A stretch of 64,000 nucleotides of DNA from a virus. Its lineage: Duplodnaviria > Caudoviricetes. Location: IMG/VR virus record IMGVR_UViG_3300042291_001013; one strand, given 5' to 3'. Below the pieces are notes generated by a model, which saw nothing but the letters and a program-made list of their open reading frames with translations, was not told where the DNA came from and ran no database searches. This document shows positions 37,348 through 45,544 of the stretch, one piece after another (positions within the stretch are counted from its first letter, which is position 1; each line of letters opens with the position of its first letter). A program made the translations under genes and the position numbers.

Positions 37348-37352
37348 TCCCT

Positions 37353-38501
37353 ATGAATACTAACGAACTTATTGAAGCTGGCAACCAGCATCGTGCCAGT
37401 AACGAACCTGAAAAAGCCTTGCAATGTTATGCCATGGCCTTTGTGCAAGATCCTGACAGTGCGGCTGCGTTTAACAACTACGGAAACGTCATGCGTGAAA
37501 TGGGTCGCCCTGAAAGTGCTGTGCCGTTTTTACAGCATGCGGCTATTCTTGATCCCAAAAACGTCACAGCACATTTTAATCTTGCAGTGACTTATTTGCT
37601 CATGGGCGACTATCAACGTGGTTGGCCACAATACGAGCATCGTTGGGACTACGAGCACTTGGCTGGCACTGAGCCCAAGTTCTCACAACCTCGCTGGCGT
37701 GGCGAAGACATTCGAGACAAAACTATCTTGGTTGTGGGCGAACAAGGGCACGGGGACAACATACAGTTTTGCAGATTTATCTACAATCTGCATGCCATGG
37801 GTGCCCGAGTCAAACTGCAAGTAACCGACGGGATGATTCCATTGCTAAACACCAGCAACATCATGGAATGGGTTGGCGGGTACAACGATGACCCAGGTGA
37901 ATTTGACCTATGGGTTCCCATAATGAGTATCCCAGGTATCCTGGGAATTACCTTAGATAACTTGCCACCAATACAGAGTTATCTCAATGCGCTGCCTAAT
38001 CTTTCTCGAAACTGGCAGGAACGACTGGGGCCAAAACTTCGCATGCGTGTGGGCTTCTCCTGGAGTGGACGTAGAGACGCTTGGCTCAATCAACACAAAG
38101 GTGTGCCGTTCCCTGTGATACTGGAAATGATCAGAGCCAACCCTGAATACGAGTGGATCAACTTGCAAGTTGATGCTACTGATGACGAGGAGCTGGCCTT
38201 GAGTGATGCTGGTGTGACTCGTTATCCCGGAGCCATTACCAGCTTTGCTGACACAGCGGCCTTGATGATACACTTGGACGTGGTGATCAGTGTGGACACT
38301 GCTATCACACACTTGGCCGGTGCCCTGGGCAGACCAGCTTGGGTTATGCTCAATGCTTATGCCACTGACTGGCGTTGGTTACTCAAACGTGATGACAGTC
38401 CTTGGTACTCCAGTGCCAGACTGTTTAGACAGCCCCGGATAGGAGACTGGGAAAGTGTTACCAAGAAGATTGCTCAATATCTTTCATGGTTCAAAATTTA
38501 A
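37353..38501 (+). CDS. TPR-repeat GT-B glycosyltransferase (GT9-like)
   Basis: N-terminal TPRs (AAFNNYGNVMRE.G...A), then ILVVGEQGHGDNIQFCRF, VGFSWSG, DLVISVDT-like LDVVISVDTAITHLAGALG.P.WVML, DWRW. Confidence 0.85.
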   Translation: MNTNELIEAGNQHRASNEPEKALQCYAMAFVQDPDSAAAFNNYGNVMREMGRPESAVPFLQHAAILDPKNVTAHFNLAVTYLLMGDYQRGWPQYEHRWDYEHLAGTEPKFSQPRWRGEDIRDKTILVVGEQGHGDNIQFCRFIYNLHAMGARVKLQVTDGMIPLLNTSNIMEWVGGYNDDPGEFDLWVPIMSIPGILGITLDNLPPIQSYLNALPNLSRNWQERLGPKLRMRVGFSWSGRRDAWLNQHKGVPFPVILEMIRANPEYEWINLQVDATDDEELALSDAGVTRYPGAITSFADTAALMIHLDVVISVDTAITHLAGALGRPAWVMLNAYATDWRWLLKRDDSPWYSSARLFRQPRIGDWESVTKKIAQYLSWFKI

Positions 38502-38540
38502 TATGATACCGCTACGATAGGTCGTTAAACTACATTATCA

Positions 38541-38586
38541 GCCCCAGCTTCTCCTCGACTGACCGACATGGATGCTGGGGCTTTAT
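38541..38586. terminator. Extended hairpin between convergent glycosyltransferase genes
   Basis: GCCCCAGC/GCTGGGGC 8 bp stem with inner pairing, followed by TTTATT on +. Confidence 0.5.
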
Positions 38587-39566
38587 TATGGCCGCAGTTG
38601 ATCCATTTGATGCATGATGCGTTTTCTAAATTCTTCGCTGTGAAAATATTGTTTGTTGCGTTCAATTCTAGGCAACATTGCTTGGTAAGTGCCCATGATT
38701 GTGCCACTGCGAACCCACCAGTCAACAAAGCTAGCAATGCTTTCCAGTCTCATTTGACTGTCAGTTTCGCTGTCCCAACTCTGCCAAGGCACAATGTCTT
38801 CAAACATGTCCAGGCCAATATCTTTAAGAAACTTGTTTGTACCAGCACCACACACCATGATGGGTATTTGTCTAGCCACAAAAGGCTTGCAGGCTTTTTC
38901 AGTTAGATACACTTGATCCACACTGGTTTCAGTCACTAGGTTTACTGCGGTTTCATGATAGATTTTTAAATCTACACCAACATCATTGCGTGTGGTATCC
39001 GGATCTTCCCCAGGCAACAACAGTGGACAAGGATAGCTGTAGGGTTTGCTGCCAGATTCTAGTGTGGCAAAACTATAAGTTAGCATGGAGATTGTGTTGC
39101 GGCGATTAAACTCTGCCCACAACCAAGTTCGATGCCAGCGTGGACGATTGTTAAGACACATTATTTCTCGTATCTTGTTTGAGCCTGCATCAAAACTAAA
39201 TGCGTTCCACCACAGGTGATTGCGTAAACTAAATGCCCAAAGAAATATAGGAAAGAATATCACACCTGCCCTGGGCTGATAATAATACTCACAATTGTTG
39301 GTCAAAATTGGCCTAGCAGGATCTGTTTCTAAAATGTGCGTAGGGAACACATTATGAGTCACATCAACCACATGCTTCTTGATTGGGTGCTGATCGATCA
39401 ACTGTTGCAGACGTTGACTTTCTGTTTGATCACCACGTTCACGATAGAGTTCGTTACGCAACGGCAATGTTTCATTGTCCACAATCACCATGACATCATC
39501 ATGAAACCACTGAGTAAGATAGTTACGATTTGAGTAGTAGCACAGTAGATCAAGGTTGTGTATCAT
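38586..39566 (-). CDS. Glycosyltransferase-like protein (GT10/exostosin-like GT-B C-terminal motifs)
   Basis: MCLNNRPRWHR...VNLVTET....LTEK.CKPF...QIPIMV.G.G...FLKDIGLDMF. Confidence 0.55.
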   Translation of the reverse strand: MIHNLDLLCYYSNRNYLTQWFHDDVMVIVDNETLPLRNELYRERGDQTESQRLQQLIDQHPIKKHVVDVTHNVFPTHILETDPARPILTNNCEYYYQPRAGVIFFPIFLWAFSLRNHLWWNAFSFDAGSNKIREIMCLNNRPRWHRTWLWAEFNRRNTISMLTYSFATLESGSKPYSYPCPLLLPGEDPDTTRNDVGVDLKIYHETAVNLVTETSVDQVYLTEKACKPFVARQIPIMVCGAGTNKFLKDIGLDMFEDIVPWQSWDSETDSQMRLESIASFVDWWVRSGTIMGTYQAMLPRIERNKQYFHSEEFRKRIMHQMDQLRP

Positions 39567-39582
39567 GCGGAATACTTACCAA

Positions 39583-39610
39583 AGAAAAAGCCCCTTGCGG
39601 GGCTTTTCTT
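39583..39610 (-). terminator. Intrinsic terminator after the major capsid gene
   Basis: AAAAGCCCC-GCAA-GGGGCTTTTTCTTT (GNRA loop and U-tract). Confidence 0.9.
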
Positions 39611-39639
39611 CCTTCCCATCCCTGGGTTGGATTCTCGGA

Positions 39640-40842
39640 TTAGGAGAATGAAAGGTTAGACACAGCGATCTCGCCAACATAGTCACCAGCATTGCCGAAG
39701 CTAGATGCAGTGTTTGTCAACTCGATGTAACCATAACGTGTCATGAATGACACAACTGGTTCGAATGTGCTTGGATCCAACACAACGCCTGAAGACATCA
39801 AAGGAATGTATGGGCAGTAGAATGCTGGAGCGTCTGCTTCTGAAGAACCTTTGTAACCGACCAACACAGGTGTTGTGTCGCTTGCATAAGAGTCAACGAA
39901 CACACGCATTGCGCCGTTCAATGTACCAACAAACTTGGTGTTTGTAGGTGCTTCAAATGTACCTTCTGTAGTACGTGCAAATGCGCTAGTTGTAGCACTT
40001 TGCAATACTGTCAAGGCAGCTGAAGATACAACAGCGTAGTTACCAGCGCCACGACGTGTGCGTTGGGCGATCAAGTTAGCAACACGGTTGATCAGAACTG
40101 CCAATGCGGCGTGTTCGTCACCAACGAATGTAGCTGTACCTGAAACAGTAGCTTGGTTGTATGTGAACTCAGTAGATGCCAATGAGCGCAAGCTCAAAAG
40201 AATCTCTTGGTCAATTTCAGCGGTAATCTCTTGAGCAAGTGCAGCCATGATTTCTGCTTCAACGTCAATACCATGCATGGCTTGTGCGTCTTGTGCAGAT
40301 TCAAATGTCCAACGAGCTTGTAGCTTACGTGTGCGAGCTTCAACAGCTTGCTTCAAGATTTGCACAGAGATCTGACGACCGCCTGTACCTTCCATGGTAG
40401 CTGTAGCACCGCCAGTGTAGCCAGTTGCAGTAGCACCGGCAGCACCGCTAGGAACTGTAGAGTATGCTGTGGCAATCTTGAATGGGCTCAATGCTTCTTC
40501 ACCAGCTGTAACGCTTGTAGCGGCAGCTGAAGAGTCTGTCAAACTGTTGGCATAACGCACACGCAGAGTGTGGATTTGACCAACTGGGCCTGTCATGGGC
40601 TGAACGCCAACCAACTCGTTAGCAATAACGGTAGGCATAACACGACGGATAACTGGCAAAATCACACGGTTAAGTGTGGCAATGTTGCCAGCGGCTGTTG
40701 AACCAGAACTTGCGTTCTCTTTCAAATACTTGCGAGTGTTTTCTAAGATAACACCCATGCTGTTGCGCTTTGAGCCGTTCAGACCTTCAAGCAGAGCTTC
40801 TTTGGTCTCGCCCCAGCGACTTTCTAATAGTTCTTGTGACAT
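39640..40842 (-). CDS. gp23: Major capsid protein
   Basis: ELVGVQPMTGPVGQI..LR, LKQAVEARTRKLQARWTFE.AQD..AMHGID.EAE....LAQEI.AEIDQEI, FYCPYIPL, FMTRYG. Confidence 0.97.
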   Translation of the reverse strand: MSQELLESRWGETKEALLEGLNGSKRNSMGVILENTRKYLKENASSGSTAAGNIATLNRVILPVIRRVMPTVIANELVGVQPMTGPVGQIHTLRVRYANSLTDSSAAATSVTAGEEALSPFKIATAYSTVPSGAAGATATGYTGGATATMEGTGGRQISVQILKQAVEARTRKLQARWTFESAQDAQAMHGIDVEAEIMAALAQEITAEIDQEILLSLRSLASTEFTYNQATVSGTATFVGDEHAALAVLINRVANLIAQRTRRGAGNYAVVSSAALTVLQSATTSAFARTTEGTFEAPTNTKFVGTLNGAMRVFVDSYASDTTPVLVGYKGSSEADAPAFYCPYIPLMSSGVVLDPSTFEPVVSFMTRYGYIELTNTASSFGNAGDYVGEIAVSNLSFS

Positions 40843-40860
40843 TTAAGTCTCCTAAAAAAT

Positions 40861-41949
40861 TTATAGACCTGCCAGACGCTTGAGGTCGATCACATTACTG
40901 CGTTCTTCCGTAGCTGTACTGTTAACAGTTTTATTACCAGTTGCAACAGAAACTTGTTCGGTAATCACTTTGGTGGCTTTTACAGATCTGTCTTCTAACA
41001 CTGCTGGTAGATACTTTTCAAAAGCGTTTTTCAAACGGGTAGTTTGTACGCTTTCGAGCAAATTACGCATGACATCTGCTTTTTCCTTGTTTAAGGGAGC
41101 CAGCAACATTTCCAATGTGCTGTCACGCTCATTGGATTCTTTGATCATACGCAGTTCGCGTTCTTTTGACTCAACTACGACTTTCGCCTTTTCGGTGAGT
41201 TTAATGGCCTCGGCCAATTGTCCATCTTTAGATTCTAACTGTGCATACAGCTTACGAACTTCTGCTTTCTCATTGAGGTGAGTAGCACCAAATTCACTTG
41301 CGTATGCTTCAAAGATGCGACGACCAAAGTTGTTCTCACGAGCAACCTTGATATCTTCTTGTAACTGATTGAGCTCAGCCTTTAAATGACGGCTAACAGC
41401 TTGACTCATTTTCTCTGCACTTTCCTTAACGAAACGTGTCTTAAGAGTCTCAAGTTTTTCACGAGCTTCACGAACCAAGCGGACTTTTGTTTCCACTACG
41501 TCACGCTTGTCTGCGGCAAACTCTTGAATTTCACGAGCCAAAGCATGCACCATGAAGTTTTCTAGTTTTGCTAGACCTTCAGTGTGCATTTTACGATCCT
41601 TACGCAGTTCGCCAATTTCTTCTGCAAGTTTAGTAACCAAGAAGCCGTTAAACTTCTGTGCTGATTCTTTCATCTTGCTTTGGAACTTGACGCGATCTTC
41701 TGCCAGTGCTTGCTTTTCAGCGGCAACGGCGTGAATCTCTGCGGCTAGACCTTCTGTAACCATCTTATCTAAGGCTTCAACCATGACTGACTTGTCATGC
41801 TCATAGCGTTGTGCAAATTCCTCGCGGAGTTCTACACGGGCCTGTTCACGAGCTTCATTTAGCTTGGTTTCCCATGCTTCATTAATCTCTTGTCGAGTTT
41901 CCTCGGTGATCAGGTTACTATCAAGCAATGGTTTGATTGCATCTAACAT
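40861..41949 (-). CDS. gp22: Prohead core scaffolding protein
   Basis: 362 aa Glu/Lys/Ala coiled coil; ENNFGRRIFEA; lies between gp21 and gp23. Confidence 0.85.
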   Translation of the reverse strand: MLDAIKPLLDSNLITEETRQEINEAWETKLNEAREQARVELREEFAQRYEHDKSVMVEALDKMVTEGLAAEIHAVAAEKQALAEDRVKFQSKMKESAQKFNGFLVTKLAEEIGELRKDRKMHTEGLAKLENFMVHALAREIQEFAADKRDVVETKVRLVREAREKLETLKTRFVKESAEKMSQAVSRHLKAELNQLQEDIKVARENNFGRRIFEAYASEFGATHLNEKAEVRKLYAQLESKDGQLAEAIKLTEKAKVVVESKERELRMIKESNERDSTLEMLLAPLNKEKADVMRNLLESVQTTRLKNAFEKYLPAVLEDRSVKATKVITEQVSVATGNKTVNSTATEERSNVIDLKRLAGL

Positions 41950-41961
41950 GCCTGGTTCTCC

Positions 41962-42597
41962 TTATATTTTAAGATCCCGAATGAGTTTTACAACTTCATT
42001 CTTTAGGTATCTCTGTACCTTGCTGTCCTCGCCAGCTTCCCGAGCAATTTCAAGCAGTCTGTGACCATATTTCATGTTCATCATGCTTTCGTAAATTGCT
42101 TTGGGGTATGCATTAGGTGCACTGGGTTGGGCAACCACATCTATAGTAACTATTTCAAAGTCACTAACATGTCCTGTTCTATCGTCAACGTTGCCACTTC
42201 CGCGGCTTGAAACTCCCAATTTTACACCAGATGTCAACAGCGTCTTGATCAACTCACCCATGGGGGTTGGAAGAATCTTTAACTTGCCGCATCCAGTATC
42301 GCCATCCATCCACATACCTTCAACACTGTGGCACACACGGTCTAGATTAATCTTGAGATCATCAGGATGATCAACTTCACCTAAAACTGAGTTACCTTCT
42401 TTAATCTGTTGATTAATAGTGTTAACCGCTTTGCTGATTTCATGTAAGGGATATACCCGGTCATTTGCATTGCGCTTGTTGCCTTCAATGCAGATACCTT
42501 TGAGATAGAGATTCTTACCTTGCCCATCCGTGCTGGATTCTTCCAGCACCTGGATATTGGCTTGTGTAAAGGTAAGTTGTTCTCTTAGAGTTTTCAT
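41962..42597 (-). CDS. gp21: Prohead maturation protease
   Basis: LYLKGICI.G..RNAN.RVYP...LGEVDHP...KLGVSSRGSG...FE.VT.DVVAQPSAPNAY. Confidence 0.95.
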   Translation of the reverse strand: MKTLREQLTFTQANIQVLEESSTDGQGKNLYLKGICIEGNKRNANDRVYPLHEISKAVNTINQQIKEGNSVLGEVDHPDDLKINLDRVCHSVEGMWMDGDTGCGKLKILPTPMGELIKTLLTSGVKLGVSSRGSGNVDDRTGHVSDFEIVTIDVVAQPSAPNAYPKAIYESMMNMKYGHRLLEIAREAGEDSKVQRYLKNEVVKLIRDLKI

Positions 42598-42604
42598 TGA
42601 CTAA

Positions 42605-43432
42605 TTAACTCTTTGCCACTGGGCTTCTGTTGTTTTGTCCGCTGGCTTGACCAAGTTGTGGCTTGGTAGCTGGCTTTGGACTTTGTGTGCCTTGAGCTGG
42701 TGTGTTACCAACTTTGCCAATCAGATCTTTTGTGTTGTTGCTGTAGGCTGGAGTGTCATGTCTGCCACCCATTTCGCCACCAGCGTGTACTGGCTTGACT
42801 GAGTTGCCAATTGGGCCTTTAGCACCTGCGTTAGCGGCTACAGTAGACTTCTTGTTGACACCGCCTTCTTCAGAAGTCACTGGCTTTGGGGCTGATTTTA
42901 GTGTTACAGCTTCCATCATGCCCATTTCTTCAGTGTCGTCCATTTCAATAGCGTCGCCGCCTTCTTCAGGACCAAAACCGTCGCCGTCGCCCATGTCATC
43001 ACCACCGCCCATTAGGTCTTCAAATTCGGCCATCAACTGGTCCAATTTGTCTTCCAAATTCATGATGTCGTCTTTGGATGCTGGCTCTGAACCGCCCATG
43101 TCGTCACCGCCCATGTCGTCACCGCCCATGTCGTCTCCGCCCATGTCGTCGCCACCTTCGTCGTCGCCACCAAAGTCTTCTTCGCCTTCCATGCTCATGT
43201 CTTGCTGTTCTTCAGCTTCAACATCATCAATCAGGTTATCGGCAGCATCACCGCCCATGTCGCCTTCTTCGATGTCTTCGTCGGCGCCTTCTTCGATTTC
43301 CTCAGCTTCTTCTTGCATGAGGTTTTCGTAAATCTCGCGTGACTTTTCTACAACAATGTCATGGAAAAGTTCTTTGGCTTTCGCCTCTTCATCATTAATC
43401 ACGTATTCGATTAATTGTTCAAATCTATTCAT
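42605..43432 (-). CDS. Acidic prohead core protein (positional gp67/gp68 analogue)
   Basis: 275 aa with DDMGG tandem repeats; between portal and protease. Confidence 0.6.
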   Translation of the reverse strand: MNRFEQLIEYVINDEEAKAKELFHDIVVEKSREIYENLMQEEAEEIEEGADEDIEEGDMGGDAADNLIDDVEAEEQQDMSMEGEEDFGGDDEGGDDMGGDDMGGDDMGGDDMGGSEPASKDDIMNLEDKLDQLMAEFEDLMGGGDDMGDGDGFGPEEGGDAIEMDDTEEMGMMEAVTLKSAPKPVTSEEGGVNKKSTVAANAGAKGPIGNSVKPVHAGGEMGGRHDTPAYSNNTKDLIGKVGNTPAQGTQSPKPATKPQLGQASGQNNRSPVAKS

Positions 43433-43525
43433 AGAAAACTCCTATAGGTAAAGTATGTGTTTATTTACCCAGTAGGAGAAAAAGCAGTGGTTTAAGGTGT
43501 GAAAAAGGCGAATATTTAGAATTTA

Positions 43526-43744
43526 TTACGCAGGCGGGGCAGGTGCGGGTGCATACTGCTGACGCACCAATTTTAATTTTTCTTTGTACTCAACAGTACG
43601 GACGTCGTTCATTTTGCGCAACTTGTTGAGTTGGCGCAGTGTAAGATGCGTTTTACGCAAATCGCCTAGTTGTGTTTGGCTGTTGTCGTTGTCAAGATCC
43701 TGATAGGCGCCAGGTTCTTTGTGCCAAAACTCGTTGAGTATCAT
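43526..43744 (-). CDS. Small prohead-associated protein
   Basis: 72 aa, N-terminus MILNE; TATAAATA at 43750-43757, 5 nt upstream. Confidence 0.6.
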   Translation of the reverse strand: MILNEFWHKEPGAYQDLDNDNSQTQLGDLRKTHLTLRQLNKLRKMNDVRTVEYKEKLKLVRQQYAPAPAPPA

Positions 43745-43752
43745 ATCAATAT

Positions 43753-45525
43753 TTATACAGCTGGCGGTGCCGCGCCAGGTGCGGCTCCAGGTGCTACACC
43801 AGCTACTTCAGCTGATCCAGGCATTGCACCAGCTGGCTCCATTTGTGACATTTCTTCACCAGTTTCAACGTCTGCCTCTAGGCCGCCGGGGGTTATGCCC
43901 ACACTGCGCAGATCTTGACCTTGAGTGGTTTGCATGTCAGGCTGGTCTCGCTCTTCGCGCCACATTTGTTCGTTTTCTTTGATTTCTTCTTCGGTCAATC
44001 CCAAGAAGCGTTCCAGCATAAAGCGTTTGCTCATGTACGGCAACGGTTCCATTTGCATGAATGCTTGAATTCTTGTGTTGTCTAGCTCGCTTTGACGATA
44101 GCTGGCAAAGTTTTGTGGAGCATTGAACTTGATTGAAAACAGGCCAGAGTCAATGTTGAACCCGCGCCACTTCAAGAACATCTTGAATTCGTCGTCTAGT
44201 TTTTGTGCAATCAACGCTTGTAAACGTTCACAATACTGGTTGAATCTGTACTCTTGTATCAGTGCTGTGCCTACTTTTCCGTCGCTCATGGCACGGTCTG
44301 AGTCGTCAGGACCAGTGGGCAAATAGCTTGAAGGCACACGCAGGCCACGAGCCATTTTGTTGTTGAAATACTTTAAATCGTCAATTTCGCCTAGGTTCTG
44401 GCCACCAGGCAGTGTTTCAACACTGCTTCCGCGACCGTCTTGTCCTTGGGGAAAGAAATAGTCTTCGTTGATGCTGAGTGGATTGTAGCTGGCATCCATC
44501 ATGTTGGTACCACCACCTGTTATTGTGGGAATACGTCGCTGATGCATTTCATTTTTTACACGTTCCACAAACTGCATGGCCAAGTGTGATGGCATGTTGC
44601 CCACGTCAATCTTGAAGATTCGTCGTTCTGGAGCACGTTGTACACGATAGATCAGCACAGCATCTTCCAGCAGTTCTTTTTGCTTGAATACTTTGTAAAT
44701 TTGCTCTAGTACACTGCGTCCAAATGGCCAAAACACGTCCAGGCCTTCGTTCAAGCTCATGTGTATCACGTGCTTGGCATCCAGGCAAGTTTCGTTCATG
44801 GCAGTCATAAAGCGACTGTTGCCCACACCACCACCTGTGCCACCGTTGGGCATGGTGTAGTTTGCGGCACCTGAAATTGACCCTGTAACCGGATTGGTCA
44901 TGTAGTCTGTGGTGGTCTTAGCAGCCACAGTCATGTTTTGGAAGTTGGGGTTGATGTCACGAATCACATACTGCTCAGGACGCTTGCCTTCGCTTTCGTT
45001 TACAATCACTCTAGCAACCTTGGTCATGTCTACCCAGTACATTTCAAATGTTTCTGGATCACGCACAAACACTTGATCACCGTACTTGATGGTGTTGCGG
45101 AACAGTTTGAATATGCGCTGATCCAGTTTGTTCAGTTTGACCCACTGCTGTAACTGTTTCTTGATAATGTCAATCTCGTGATCAGTGGGTTTGTCTTTGT
45201 AGTCTACGTCAAATGGCGTACCATTTGACTCATTCATTTGTGTAGAGAACTCAGCAATGATGTCTAGGCAAGCATTGATTTCTGAGTCCATGTCCATGTT
45301 TTCGTACTGATTATAACGTTCAACACGATTGGGATGGCCTGAGTACACTTCGGGCAGTCGGCTAGCATAGTTACGAAACACAAAGTCAGCTTGTGTTGCT
45401 TGCCCGTCGTTCTTTTCAAACCCTGGCAGGCCATAGCTGTTTCGTCCGTTGATAGGACTCATCACACCTGAAGTGTCTGCTACTTTAAAATACTTTTTCC
45501 AGCCGGGTTTATTTTGATCTGCCAT
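43753..45525 (-). CDS. gp20: Portal protein
   Basis: LLEDAVLIYRVQRAPERRIFKIDVGNMP...QF, EDYFFP...GRGSSVETLPGGQNLGEIDDLKYFNNK..RGL.VP.S. Confidence 0.97.
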   Translation of the reverse strand: MADQNKPGWKKYFKVADTSGVMSPINGRNSYGLPGFEKNDGQATQADFVFRNYASRLPEVYSGHPNRVERYNQYENMDMDSEINACLDIIAEFSTQMNESNGTPFDVDYKDKPTDHEIDIIKKQLQQWVKLNKLDQRIFKLFRNTIKYGDQVFVRDPETFEMYWVDMTKVARVIVNESEGKRPEQYVIRDINPNFQNMTVAAKTTTDYMTNPVTGSISGAANYTMPNGGTGGGVGNSRFMTAMNETCLDAKHVIHMSLNEGLDVFWPFGRSVLEQIYKVFKQKELLEDAVLIYRVQRAPERRIFKIDVGNMPSHLAMQFVERVKNEMHQRRIPTITGGGTNMMDASYNPLSINEDYFFPQGQDGRGSSVETLPGGQNLGEIDDLKYFNNKMARGLRVPSSYLPTGPDDSDRAMSDGKVGTALIQEYRFNQYCERLQALIAQKLDDEFKMFLKWRGFNIDSGLFSIKFNAPQNFASYRQSELDNTRIQAFMQMEPLPYMSKRFMLERFLGLTEEEIKENEQMWREERDQPDMQTTQGQDLRSVGITPGGLEADVETGEEMSQMEPAGAMPGSAEVAGVAPGAAPGAAPPAV

Positions 45526-45544
45526 AGTCTATTATTTACCGTGA

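Noticed and set aside
38502-38586. Small self-cleaving ribozyme (pistol/twister/hammerhead-like fragments such as UAAUGUAG and CUGAUAA)
   Set aside because: Required pseudoknot partners and core nucleotides do not match; simpler to read as a terminator hairpin between convergent genes.
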